From an uncultured Candidatus Saccharibacteria bacterium (GTDB lineage Bacteria; Patescibacteriota; Saccharimonadia; Saccharimonadales; CAIOMD01), in assembly GCA_964566135.1 (NCBI GenBank), contig CAZMHM010000005.1, positions 7,995-71,994 on the forward strand: a stretch of 64,000 nucleotides of DNA, written 5' to 3'. This document shows, in pieces, positions 15,844 through 25,286 of the stretch. Every line of letters starts with the position of its first letter. Position 1 is the first letter of the stretch. Made by a program: the position numbers and the translations under genes. Below the pieces are notes generated by a model that did not search any database, was not told where the DNA came from, and saw only the letters and a list, made by a program, of their open reading frames with translations.

Positions 15844-16407
15844 CTATTGCCTGCTAACAAAGGCGGCCGTTACGGCATTGCCCAGTTTCTTAAGCGGACC
15901 ACGATTGTTTCTCTTTGAGATTGCCCTGCTTTCGGCTTCGGTAAGCGTTGCACCGGGTACTAGAGGCATTGCTTCTGCCTGCAGAACACCCATTGGTAGA
16001 AAGCCTCTATCGCGCTCAATCTCAGCCACGATGAACTCACTTCGCCTTGCTTCACTAACGGGTGTGGCAGCTGACAAGTTACCATTTAATTGGTAGATTT
16101 TATCGAGGGGTGTTTTTTGAGTGACTTCATCGACACCGCTGTCCCATACGATACCATTAGCATCAATAACATAACGAACGGTTCGCCCGGTTACTTTATC
16201 GATTACTGTTTCAGGACCCTTTTCGCCGGTGTACCCGCTCAGCGAATAAACCTGACCGTCATTGCTCTCAACAAGCGCAGGTGCACCCGGCTCGTCGCTC
16301 TTGAATCCTTGTTCGAATATTTTGGCAGTAACAGTACTGCTAAGATTTGCTACTGCAGATTCGTATGGTTGATTGTCACTATTTGGATTTGTTTGTTTTA
16401 TAGCCAT
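15844..16407 (-). CDS. Hypothetical protein
   Basis: 187-aa ORF with no TM segment or signal peptide. It is preceded by the stereotyped promoter at 16414..16442. Confidence 0.5.
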   Translation of the reverse strand: MAIKQTNPNSDNQPYESAVANLSSTVTAKIFEQGFKSDEPGAPALVESNDGQVYSLSGYTGEKGPETVIDKVTGRTVRYVIDANGIVWDSGVDEVTQKTPLDKIYQLNGNLSAATPVSEARRSEFIVAEIERDRGFLPMGVLQAEAMPLVPGATLTEAESRAISKRNNRGPLKKLGNAVTAAFVSRQ

Positions 16408-16413
16408 GAATTA

Positions 16414-16442
16414 ACATTAGCATTTTATTGCTATTTTGTCAA
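16414..16442 (-). promoter_or_regulatory. Stereotyped promoter copy A (leaderless geometry)
   Basis: Minus strand reads ATTGACAAAATAGCAATAAAATGCTAATGT, followed by 6 nt (TAATTC) and the ATG at 16407. The -35 box lies inside the last codons of tlyA. Confidence 0.5.
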
Positions 16443-17150
16443 TGTTAGCAGATAGAATCTTTCTTTGTTGCCCTTGGCGCCTGCTACATCCGAATCGGCT
16501 TTATCTATAATAACGAAATACTTTTTTACCCAGCCTTCAAAATCTTTTAAAATCTCACGACGCATAGCATCATTTTTGATAACGCCCTTATGTCGCGTGC
16601 CGCTGCCGGCCTCGAACTGCGGCTTAACCATGGCTACGATGCGCGTATTTTTGCCACTAATTTTAGCGATGTGTGGCAGAATTTCGCGCAAGCTAATAAA
16701 CGACACATCAATCACCACGATAGTCGGCTTTACCAGAGGTATAAAATCGCGAATATCGGTCTGCTCATGTAACTCAATCTTGTCGTTTCCGTGCAAACTT
16801 GGGTGCAGCTGATTAGTACCAACATCCACCGCGAATACTTTTTTTGCTCCGCGCTTAAGCGCGTAATCAGTAAAGCCGCCCGTACTGCTGCCAACATCCA
16901 AAACAATGGCATCGGCAAAGTCTAATTTGAGTGTTTGGGCAACACTGGCAAGCTTTAAGCCCGCCCTACTGACGTATTGTTCAGCCTGCTTAAGGGTAAT
17001 TTTTGCCTCGCTGGATACAAAAAAACCAGGTTTCGATATCTGTTTTTTATCAACAAATACTTTGCCTAGTTTAATGTAGCTTTCGGCCTGGGAACGGCTT
17101 ACAACAAGCCCTCTTTGTACTAGTTCGTGGTCAAGCCGTTGTTTGGTCAT
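16431..17150 (-). CDS. tlyA: TlyA-family rRNA 2'-O-methyltransferase (S4 domain plus FtsJ fold)
   Basis: RLDHELVQRGLVVSRSQAESYIKLGKVFV (S4 RNA-binding domain) and VLDVGSSTGGFTDYALKRGAKKVFAVDVG (SAM motif). Confidence 0.85.
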   Translation of the reverse strand: MTKQRLDHELVQRGLVVSRSQAESYIKLGKVFVDKKQISKPGFFVSSEAKITLKQAEQYVSRAGLKLASVAQTLKLDFADAIVLDVGSSTGGFTDYALKRGAKKVFAVDVGTNQLHPSLHGNDKIELHEQTDIRDFIPLVKPTIVVIDVSFISLREILPHIAKISGKNTRIVAMVKPQFEAGSGTRHKGVIKNDAMRREILKDFEGWVKKYFVIIDKADSDVAGAKGNKERFYLLTLTK

Positions 17151-17156
17151 AAACTC

Positions 17157-17285
17157 CTATGCGGCTTCGACAGCAAAATCGCCAAGTAATTGCAAAACCT
17201 CTACCGGAACTTGCTCTTGCTCGAGTGTTTCAGTAACGCGTGTGCCTAGCTCAATAATCTCAAATTCTTGTACTTCTCTGGCCAT
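17157..17285 (-). CDS. Unlisted 42-aa acidic small ORF between efp and tlyA
   Basis: MAREVQEFEIIELGTRVTETLEQEQVPVEVLQLLGDFAVEAA. AAGGAA lies 6 nt upstream of the ATG, and the stop is 6 nt before the tlyA ATG. It is below the ORF-track length cutoff. Confidence 0.4.
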   Translation of the reverse strand: MAREVQEFEIIELGTRVTETLEQEQVPVEVLQLLGDFAVEAA

Positions 17286-17367
17286 ATGTATTCCTTTTTA
17301 TTCGATTTATAGTTTGGCTTTTTGCATACCTAGTACCATAGTACACCTAGATACTTAAGCATAATAC

Positions 17368-17931
17368 CTATTTTTTACGTTCGCGGTAGGCGCCAGATTC
17401 GGTATCAACGCTGATAACATCACCCTGCTTAATAAAGGCAGGCACTTTGATGGTTATACCCGTTTCAACAGTAGCATCTTTTAGGACACTGCTGGTGGTA
17501 TCTCCCTTAACAACAGATTCGGTATAGGTAACCGTTAAATACACGTTTTTAGGGAGTTCGATATTGATAACTTGCTTATCAAACGTTTGCGCCTTAACAG
17601 TGTCACCTTCTTTCATGAAGCCAGCGTATTCGCCTACTAAGTCGGCGGATACTTCTATCTGTTCGTAGGTATCATTATCCATAAAATAGAACTTAGCTCC
17701 GTCGTTGTACAAATACTGCACATTTTGGTAGCCAACATCTGCTGGTTCTACTGCCTCATTACCCTTAAAAGTCTTTTCGAGTACTTTGCCGTCAAGCAAA
17801 CTTTTGATGCGCACATTCACAATCGAGCCACCACGCCCCATAACCTTTTGGCCGTATTCGACCACACGGTATGGAGTGCCGTCAAGCTGAAAAATCACAC
17901 CCTTTTTAAGATCAGTTATGCCAAATGCCAT
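17368..17931 (-). CDS. efp: Elongation factor P
   Basis: 187 aa with full-length EF-P architecture, including YLYNDGAKFYFMDNDTYEQ and the C-terminal ISVDTESGAYRERKK. The loop reads KVMGRGGS. Confidence 0.92.
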   Translation of the reverse strand: MAFGITDLKKGVIFQLDGTPYRVVEYGQKVMGRGGSIVNVRIKSLLDGKVLEKTFKGNEAVEPADVGYQNVQYLYNDGAKFYFMDNDTYEQIEVSADLVGEYAGFMKEGDTVKAQTFDKQVINIELPKNVYLTVTYTESVVKGDTTSSVLKDATVETGITIKVPAFIKQGDVISVDTESGAYRERKK

Positions 17932-17943
17932 ATAGTTTCCTTA

Positions 17944-18213
17944 TTACTTTGCCGCTTCAATTTGATCAAGAAACGAGTTGAGCTCTTGCTCGGATAATAC
18001 ATTCGTAAGCTGGGCGGTACGCAAAAGTGCTTCAAGTTTTGATGAATCATCGTGCTCGAACCAGTCTTTAAGCGCCACACTCAGTTCTTGTGTAAGATTA
18101 CTTCCTGAGGTCTGAAAGCCAAACCCTTGGTTCGTACCGAGTAAGGTGCTGAAATGCGGGTTTAATTTCGTAAAAATCGCATCTGCAATTTCTTTTTTAG
18201 ATTGAATATTCAT
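17944..18213 (-). CDS. Hypothetical small protein
   Basis: 89-aa ORF between rpsR and efp. No recognisable motif. Confidence 0.45.
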   Translation of the reverse strand: MNIQSKKEIADAIFTKLNPHFSTLLGTNQGFGFQTSGSNLTQELSVALKDWFEHDDSSKLEALLRTAQLTNVLSEQELNSFLDQIEAAK

Positions 18214-18243
18214 ACAAACACCCCCTCTACCCAGGCTAAGTGA

Positions 18244-18450
18244 TTAGTTGTGAGCTACGAATGGTAATAGTGCAATGTGACGTGCGCGCTTGATAGCCTT
18301 TGCGAGGCGACGCTGTTGCATTTCGGTTAAACCAGTCCGCTTGCGCACCTCGATTTGACCAAACTGGTTCACAAATCGTTGCAACGTCTTTACGTCTTTG
18401 TAGTCAAAGTAAACCGCGCCGGTTACTTGTTTTCGTCTGTTCTTTGCCAT
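18244..18450 (-). CDS. rpsR: 30S ribosomal protein S18
   Basis: 68 aa containing [20 protein letters not shown]...[18 protein letters not shown], typical of S18. It lies in the rpsF-ssb-rpsR order. Confidence 0.93.
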   Translation of the reverse strand: MAKNRRKQVTGAVYFDYKDVKTLQRFVNQFGQIEVRKRTGLTEMQQRRLAKAIKRARHIALLPFVAHN

Positions 18451-18468
18451 TATGTTATAAATTCCTTT

Positions 18469-18915
18469 CTAGAATGGGATCTCACTGAGATCAATTGGTT
18501 CATCTGATATATCTTCGATAACTACGTCTTTATTAGCAGGTTTTGCAGGTGCTGCTGATGGAGCTGGGCCATCGCCACCTTCGCCACGTCCACCGAGGAA
18601 CGTAACGTCAGTTGCAACAACTTCAACTTTACTGCGCTTTTGACCGTCTTGTTCCCAAGCACGGCTTTGCAAGCGACCGCTTACAAGCACTGGGCGACCC
18701 TTCGTTACAAACTTTGCAACGTTTTCACCCATTGGGCCCCAAGCTGTTACATCTACATAATCGGTTACTTCTTGTTGGCTGCCATCGGCACCCTTCCAGC
18801 TGCGGTTTAATGCCAAGCTAAAGCTACAAACATTCTGACCGCTAGGAGTTGAGCGCAGTTCTGGATCGCGCGTTAAATTACCCATTAGTACTACTTGATT
18901 AAAACTTCGTGCCAT
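18469..18915 (-). CDS. ssb: Single-stranded DNA-binding protein
   Basis: The OB-fold N-terminus FNQVVLMGNLTRDPELR, a Gly/Pro-rich linker and the acidic tail DISDEPIDLSEIPF. Confidence 0.93.
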   Translation of the reverse strand: MARSFNQVVLMGNLTRDPELRSTPSGQNVCSFSLALNRSWKGADGSQQEVTDYVDVTAWGPMGENVAKFVTKGRPVLVSGRLQSRAWEQDGQKRSKVEVVATDVTFLGGRGEGGDGPAPSAAPAKPANKDVVIEDISDEPIDLSEIPF

Positions 18916-18943
18916 GTCGTATTCCCCTGTTTAGCCTAAGTAA

Positions 18944-19327
18944 TTATTCGTTTGATTCTTCTTTTTCTTCTGAGCGATGTGCATCGCGACCAGCTTGCTT
19001 CTTAGCACGAGCTGCCTTAAAGGCTTCGGCCGTAGCAATAGCCTTAGTATCCGGCTTGGTAATCAAGAAACGGATTACTTCGTCAGTAATGTTGAGGGTT
19101 GCCTCAATCTTTTTGACGCTGTCTGCAGGTAGTTCAGCTGCATAAAAAACATATACAGCGTGGTCATGACCTTTAATTTTGTATGCAAGTTTTCGCTTGC
19201 CCCAGTTGTCATCACTAACAACCTTACCACCATTATCGGTGATAACTTTTGTAACTTTAGCTGCTGCTTTATCAAGATCTATTTCGAGATCAGGATGGTA
19301 CAGTACAGCAATCTCGTAGTTGTGCAC
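18944..19327 (-). CDS. rpsF: 30S ribosomal protein S6
   Basis: HNYEIAVLYHPDLE... is S6-like. I place the start at GTG 19327 because AAGGAG sits 5 nt upstream. The ORF-track ATG at 19342 has no SD and adds 5 non-conserved residues. Confidence 0.85.
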   Translation of the reverse strand: MHNYEIAVLYHPDLEIDLDKAAAKVTKVITDNGGKVVSDDNWGKRKLAYKIKGHDHAVYVFYAAELPADSVKKIEATLNITDEVIRFLITKPDTKAIATAEAFKAARAKKQAGRDAHRSEEKEESNE

Positions 19328-19423
19328 GAGCACTCCTTCCATTGGATTATCGGTTGCCTCCCCGAGTGGTGGAAACCTGAAGTTTTATTAACAGATGTAT
19401 TGTAGACTATTTACCTCTGTTAG

Positions 19424-20272
19424 TCAAGCCGCGAGCGTTTCAAGTACACGCTCTTCGAGCGTCCTAAAGTAGTCTGGCTGATGATTGAGCACAATTGCAC
19501 GCATAAGCCCAACTGGATCATCGCGCTGTGCAGGATGAATATACCCACGACGGTGAGCAATTCGATATACGTCTTGCACCGGCTCGGTTGCCCTATCAAA
19601 CGCCCTATCAACGATAAACATACCTAGTTTTAGCCTTCGTTTCGGATCGGGTGTTTCTACGAACTCCTCGAGTAAGGTGCTACGAATATGGTCTAAATCT
19701 TCGTTAAGCGCACAATTCATCAAAAAGATGCCCCGTTGGCTATTGTTAATATCAAGACCCGTCGTGTCGCTCATTCGCGCTTCGGGATAAATCAAATCTT
19801 CTTGCATATGACGGCGAAGTTCGGCATCCAACCGTACCTCTACGGGCTTGCGATAACGCACATCGATGGCTGTTTCGGGCACATAGCCAGCACACGCTAG
19901 CACAATGGTTGCCAAGCGTTGCTTTGGGTCAAGCGGCACCTGTACGCCATCGTATAAGTAATGATATTCGGAATGCAAGTCGGCATTACCGTATTGCAAA
20001 CGAGAATGACGCAGTATCCTACCAGCAGGACCTTGTAGCAGCGGGCTTACATTTGGAAAAAATGCGTGATGTTGGTCATGATGCCAATCGTTTGAATATT
20101 CTGCCGGGAATATCGGCAATGGTAGGTCTGAGAACTCATCGGTAGGCGCTGGGCGGGTATACCGAATGGCATATAAAGAAAAAAGCGCCTCGTCATACGA
20201 TGAAGCGCCTGTAAGTTCTAGATCATCAACCGAGAAGCCCGGTGGTGTGTTGTTTTCGCGAATCATTTTCAT
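19424..20272 (-). CDS. Hypothetical protein
   Basis: 282-aa ORF, His-rich in the middle (WHHDQHHAFF). No family recognised. Confidence 0.5.
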   Translation of the reverse strand: MKMIRENNTPPGFSVDDLELTGASSYDEALFSLYAIRYTRPAPTDEFSDLPLPIFPAEYSNDWHHDQHHAFFPNVSPLLQGPAGRILRHSRLQYGNADLHSEYHYLYDGVQVPLDPKQRLATIVLACAGYVPETAIDVRYRKPVEVRLDAELRRHMQEDLIYPEARMSDTTGLDINNSQRGIFLMNCALNEDLDHIRSTLLEEFVETPDPKRRLKLGMFIVDRAFDRATEPVQDVYRIAHRRGYIHPAQRDDPVGLMRAIVLNHQPDYFRTLEERVLETLAA

Positions 20273-20328
20273 TTTTAGCCCCCTTTAACCCTATGGTACA
20301 CCGCTAGCAAACGGTTTGTAAACATACG

Positions 20329-22569
20329 TTAGTTTGTAAGGTATTCGTCGCGAGGGTCGTCTGATACAGGAATTTGGGTTGCACCTGGTACTTCGTCATG
20401 GCTACCAAAGACTTCGTCCATACTGCGTACAAGCACTTCACGAGGCCGCGAGCCGTCGGCAGGCCCAATCACACCACGTTCTTCCATTTCGTCGATAATA
20501 CGGCTTGCACGGCCATAGCCAATGCGTAGGCGGCGTTGTAGCAAGCTGGTGCTTGCCTTGCCGCTTTCGATTACCACGCGTACGGCTTCGTGCCACATAT
20601 CGTCATCTTCGTCAGTATTGGAATGTTCGACAACAATGCCACCCTTACCATTGAGCTGTACGGGCATACTGACAATTTCGTCATCGTATCGTGGCATACG
20701 CTGTTCACGTAAGAAATCAGTGAGCTTTTGTGTTTCTTCGGTAGATATAAAGGCACCCTGGATACGCTTAGGTTTTGACATTTCTGGCGTCGAAAAGAGC
20801 ATATCACCATACCCAAGTAGTTTTTCGGCACCAACCATATCGATAATCGTGCGGCTGTCTACCTGGCTGTTGACGGTAAACGCTAATCGAGCTGGCACGT
20901 TAGCTTTAATAAGCCCGGTAATCACATCAACGCTCGGACGCTGAGTAGCAAGCACAAGGTGGATACCAACGGCACGTGCCTTTTGGGCAATACGTACAAT
21001 CAAGGCCTCCACATCGCGTGCAGCCATCATCATAAGGTCGGCAAGCTCGTCGATAACAATCACGATATACGGCATACCTTCTTCTTGACGTTTATTATTG
21101 TACTCGGCGATATTACGAACTTTTTCATCAGCAAGACTACGATACCGGCGTTCCATCTCGGCAACCGCCCACTTTAGCGCACTAATACACTTCTCGGGCT
21201 CGTTAACGATAGGCGTTAACAGGTGCGGGATATCGTTGTATGGCGCCATTTCAACGAGCTTAGGGTCAACCAAAATAAGTTTCAAATCTGCCGGACTATT
21301 TCGATACAACAAACTAGTTAAGAACGAGTTAATCATAACCGACTTACCAGATTTAGTTTGACCAGCAACAAGCATGTGTGGCATATCTGCAAGATCACCG
21401 ATAATTGGGTTGCCCCCAATATCTTTACCAACACTAAATGCGAGTGGGCTTGTCTCTTTCTTCCATTCATCCGAATTCATCAAGCTCTGCATGGTCACTG
21501 TCGCCGATTTTACGTTCGGTACTTCGACACCAACGGCACGTTTACCGGGGATAGGAGCTTCGATACGAATCGATGTAGCTGCTAGATCATAGGCCATGTT
21601 ATCGCCTAAGCCAACAATTTTACTCATCTTAACGCCTGTACCAGGCTTGAGCGTGTACTGGGTTACACGTGGACCAACGTTGGCGCCTTCCATCTCAACT
21701 TCGATACCAAAGTTGGCAAGGCTTTCGCGAATAATTTCGGCGTTTCCCTCTACATCACCTGGGTCAGCCTTATCTTGCTTGGCGCTCAGGAGGCTCAGGC
21801 TTGGGAACTTCCAGTCTGGGTCGCTTGCTGCGGTAAGAGCCGCATGATCTTCGACAGCAGAAAGCTTAACGGCGCTATTTTTTAGGCTACTGAGACGTGG
21901 TGCTGGCTTAGCATCTTCGGTCTGAGCATGGTGCTCAACCGGTACGCCAGCATGCATTTGGAATTTGTGTTCTTCTTCTTTCTTTTTTAGGTCGCTCAAA
22001 TCTGTATCTTCAGATTGTTTGCGCTTAAACGGTTTGAGCATCCAGCCAAACATCTGCTTTGGCGACATGCCAGACATCAACATAAACGCAATCCAGGCAA
22101 AAACAAAAAAGACAATAAATGCCGTCATGCTATTTAGGAATAACTGTAAGCCACTACTTGCAACATAGCCGATTTCGCCACCATACGTGCCATCGGCTGC
22201 CGCTTTAGAGGCTTCGTCTTTACCAACAAATACGTGCATCATGCCTGCTAGACATGCCACAAACAAAAAGCTACTTAATAACTTAACGAACGGGATAATA
22301 TGTTCTTCGTGTTTGAGTTTGTGTACGGCTAGATACAAGAGTACAAACGGCAATATATAGGCAACCAGGCCCACGCCCCAGCTGGCAATATCAAACAGCT
22401 TTACGGGTAGTGCGCCGCCCCAGCCAAAACCGCCCAAAAATAGGAATAAGCTCAGTACAATGAGCACGAACGCAAATACCTGCCGCCAGAAGTAACTGGT
22501 GGTTTTCGGTGATTCGTCGATGACTTCTTTGCGACTCTTGCGCTTGGTAGTCTTTTTCTTTTTTGCCAT
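20329..22569 (-). CDS. ftsK: DNA translocase FtsK
   Basis: 746 aa with N-terminal TM helices, Walker A AGQTKSGKSVMIN, ATQRPSVDVITG and a C-terminal gamma wHTH (ASTSLLQRRLRIGYGRASRIIDEME). Confidence 0.93.
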   Translation of the reverse strand: MAKKKKTTKRKSRKEVIDESPKTTSYFWRQVFAFVLIVLSLFLFLGGFGWGGALPVKLFDIASWGVGLVAYILPFVLLYLAVHKLKHEEHIIPFVKLLSSFLFVACLAGMMHVFVGKDEASKAAADGTYGGEIGYVASSGLQLFLNSMTAFIVFFVFAWIAFMLMSGMSPKQMFGWMLKPFKRKQSEDTDLSDLKKKEEEHKFQMHAGVPVEHHAQTEDAKPAPRLSSLKNSAVKLSAVEDHAALTAASDPDWKFPSLSLLSAKQDKADPGDVEGNAEIIRESLANFGIEVEMEGANVGPRVTQYTLKPGTGVKMSKIVGLGDNMAYDLAATSIRIEAPIPGKRAVGVEVPNVKSATVTMQSLMNSDEWKKETSPLAFSVGKDIGGNPIIGDLADMPHMLVAGQTKSGKSVMINSFLTSLLYRNSPADLKLILVDPKLVEMAPYNDIPHLLTPIVNEPEKCISALKWAVAEMERRYRSLADEKVRNIAEYNNKRQEEGMPYIVIVIDELADLMMMAARDVEALIVRIAQKARAVGIHLVLATQRPSVDVITGLIKANVPARLAFTVNSQVDSRTIIDMVGAEKLLGYGDMLFSTPEMSKPKRIQGAFISTEETQKLTDFLREQRMPRYDDEIVSMPVQLNGKGGIVVEHSNTDEDDDMWHEAVRVVIESGKASTSLLQRRLRIGYGRASRIIDEMEERGVIGPADGSRPREVLVRSMDEVFGSHDEVPGATQIPVSDDPRDEYLTN

Positions 22570-22610
22570 AACTGTTTTATTTTACCCTATTTATAAGTTC
22601 TTACTAAGTA

Positions 22611-23168
22611 TTACGAGGGATTAAGTAAATGATTGAGCAGATATACTTCTGCTTCATTAACCTTTGTCGTACCTTGCGCGCGTTGGCGCTGACGACCCTC
22701 TCGGGCAAACCGAAGGTGTTGGCGACGCTCATCCCAGGCAACACCAAGGCGTTGATCACGAAGAGCCCTACGGGCAAGTAAGATATGGCTCTTACCGGTG
22801 GCGCGTCGTTTTTCAAAACGTTCTATGCCGTCAGCGTAAATCACATATTCGTATGCCGGAGCTTCATGACCATCCGCTGCAGATTCACGTTGCAAGCTAA
22901 TAGTCGCAATGACCTGTTTCGGATTTTCGTCTGGGCTGGTTTTTTCTAGTGGTGCGAGAGAAGCCGGAAAGTAGACTACGCGCATATCCTTGATACCCTC
23001 GGCAGGCGCAGGTACATCCTGCGTATAGCCGCTCGTATCAAAAGAGCGAGAAAGTGTCAGCACCTTGGCTTCGGCTACTTTCTCGACAGCACTTTTGATT
23101 GAGCCCATGAGCTCTGTTATTGAATCGTTAGATACAGCTGCATCTAGCGGCATGGTTTTTGATTCCAT
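22611..23168 (-). CDS. Hypothetical protein with an Arg-rich C-terminus
   Basis: 185-aa ORF. I re-read its frame and it is continuous with no frameshift. No family recognised. Confidence 0.45.
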   Translation of the reverse strand: MESKTMPLDAAVSNDSITELMGSIKSAVEKVAEAKVLTLSRSFDTSGYTQDVPAPAEGIKDMRVVYFPASLAPLEKTSPDENPKQVIATISLQRESAADGHEAPAYEYVIYADGIERFEKRRATGKSHILLARRALRDQRLGVAWDERRQHLRFAREGRQRQRAQGTTKVNEAEVYLLNHLLNPS

Positions 23169-23201
23169 GTAGTATATTATACCACAGAATTGCGCTTATG
23201 T

Positions 23202-25274
23202 CTAGTCGGTGCGAGCGTCTTGGTTAAGAAGCTGCTGACGAAGTTGCGCAAAGCGACGCGCTTGGTTGGCTGCTTCGTCTTTAGCGGCTTCTTCAGGGCT
23301 CTTGTTGCTATTGTTATTGCCAGGCTTACCCTCTGGGCCATTTTGGCCAGGAGCTTTGCCAACAACGTTAATAACAGGTATCACAATTGGTGAGCGTTGC
23401 GTCTTTTCGTACAAGAAATGGGTTACATGTTCTTTGATTTCTTGCTTGAACCTATCAAGGTCAACGCGCTTGAATCGTTGCTGGACAGCACGACGGAGTT
23501 CATTACGAAGCTCGGTCATAAGATCCTCGTTATCTCGCATGTAGATAAAACCACGGCTAATGATATCGGGGCTTGTCATGCTTGTACCAGTTTTGCGGTC
23601 GACGGTTAAGACAACTGCAACAATACCGTCTTGCGCCATCATAATGCGATCCTTAACAACTACGTTGCTTACAATCGCACCAGTTTGGTCAACAAGCACA
23701 GTACCATGAGGCACTTGGCCGAGATGTTCCATCTTATCGCCCGTAAATGCTAGAACGTCACCGTTTTCGGCATTATATGTGTGATTACGTGGAATACCCT
23801 GTTCGATTGCAATCTCGGCGTGACGCTGTTTAGAGCGATACGAACCGTAAATTGGCACGAAGAACTTTGGCTTCATGACATCAATCATTTCGCGATATTC
23901 TTCGATACTTGCGTGACCTGAAACGTGCAGCGGACCGCAACCGTCAAGATCGTGTGTCGTGTGCTGAAATACGTGTACACCCTTACGCATAAGATCATCA
24001 ACCATAGCGCCAATAAGTGCATCGTTACCTGTTTCTGGGATAGGTGTCGAACTAAGTACGACGGTATCTTGTGGCTTCATCTTGACGTGACGGTGGTCGC
24101 CAGTACTCATACGCATTAGCGCAGAACTTGGCTCACCCTGGCCACCAGTACAGATAACAATAACTTTGTCATCAGGTAGCGTGTTGGCGCTGGCAATCGG
24201 AATAAAGGTACCCTTTGGTACTTTCACAAAGCCATGGCGCACGGCCATTTCGAGTGTGCTCATCATGCTACGGCCATCAAGTGCAATTTTGCGACCATGA
24301 TGTGCGGCAGCATTAATAATCATCTGGATACGGTTAATATTGGTCGAGAAAACTGCTACGAATACACGGCCTGGTGCTTGATCTAAAATCTGCACATAGC
24401 TTGATTCGATAGTGCTTTCACTTGGCGTGCGACCAGCACGTTCGGTAGTGGTACTTTCTGAAAGTAGCACCAACACACCCTCGTTACCAAGCTCTTTTAA
24501 GCGCTCCATATCGGTGCGTTCGTGGTCGAGTGGTTCTGGGTCAAACCGGAAGTCACCGGTGTTAACAACACGGCCAACTGGTGTATCGACAACCACTACG
24601 GTTGAACCAGGAATAGAGTGCGTTACACGTACAAGTTCGATAAAGAAGCTGCCAACCTTAAGGCGCTCGTGCGTATTTTCGTTCATAACGATAGTTTGCA
24701 TTTCGAAGCCTTCGGGCATTGGCAAGCCAAAGTTCTCGAAGATTTCTTCGACACGCCCAATGGTAAATTTACTACCATATACTGGCGCTGGTGCCTTTGG
24801 AATGATGTGTGGCAAGCCACCGATATGGTCAAGGTGACCATGGGTAATCACGTAGCCACGCAATTTATGCTTAATCGATTCGAGATAGCTCGTATCGGCA
24901 ATACCATAGTTAATACCTGGCAAATCAACACCAAGGTCGTTACCGGCGTCAATCACGATGGCGTCGTTTTGGAACTCGAGCAACATCATGTTTTTTGAGC
25001 CACCACCGTCCATACCACCGAGACCGATGATTTTAAGACGAGGCGTGTCATCTATCGTGTTAGCACGATTTTCAATCTTGTTTGCTGACGCATCAAGATA
25101 TTCGTTGGCTAATTTGTTAGCCATTTCAGCATTGCGTTTTTGGGCGCGAATAGCTGCTCCACGCGACACGGTACGTGCCGGTGAAGAAATATTGTTGGGT
25201 TTTTGGCCGCCGCGTGAGTTTTGTGACCTATTGCCACTTTGCCCACCGCGAGGCCGATTAGTTTGTTCGTTCAT
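23202..25274 (-). CDS. rnj: Ribonuclease J (beta-CASP metallo-beta-lactamase)
   Basis: ITHGHLDHIGGLPH (the HxHxDH motif), a beta-CASP region, and basic low-complexity N- and C-terminal extensions. Length is 690 aa. Confidence 0.88.
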   Translation of the reverse strand: MNEQTNRPRGGQSGNRSQNSRGGQKPNNISSPARTVSRGAAIRAQKRNAEMANKLANEYLDASANKIENRANTIDDTPRLKIIGLGGMDGGGSKNMMLLEFQNDAIVIDAGNDLGVDLPGINYGIADTSYLESIKHKLRGYVITHGHLDHIGGLPHIIPKAPAPVYGSKFTIGRVEEIFENFGLPMPEGFEMQTIVMNENTHERLKVGSFFIELVRVTHSIPGSTVVVVDTPVGRVVNTGDFRFDPEPLDHERTDMERLKELGNEGVLVLLSESTTTERAGRTPSESTIESSYVQILDQAPGRVFVAVFSTNINRIQMIINAAAHHGRKIALDGRSMMSTLEMAVRHGFVKVPKGTFIPIASANTLPDDKVIVICTGGQGEPSSALMRMSTGDHRHVKMKPQDTVVLSSTPIPETGNDALIGAMVDDLMRKGVHVFQHTTHDLDGCGPLHVSGHASIEEYREMIDVMKPKFFVPIYGSYRSKQRHAEIAIEQGIPRNHTYNAENGDVLAFTGDKMEHLGQVPHGTVLVDQTGAIVSNVVVKDRIMMAQDGIVAVVLTVDRKTGTSMTSPDIISRGFIYMRDNEDLMTELRNELRRAVQQRFKRVDLDRFKQEIKEHVTHFLYEKTQRSPIVIPVINVVGKAPGQNGPEGKPGNNNSNKSPEEAAKDEAANQARRFAQLRQQLLNQDARTD

Positions 25275-25286
25275 TTAAAATTTCCT

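Noticed and set aside
22604-22816. Alternative 70-aa ORF and an Arg-rich C-terminus suggested a frameshift in the 185-aa gene.
   Set aside because: I re-read the minus strand codon by codon. The 185-aa frame is continuous to its TAA and the alternative frame gives an implausible peptide. I have no evidence of a frameshift.
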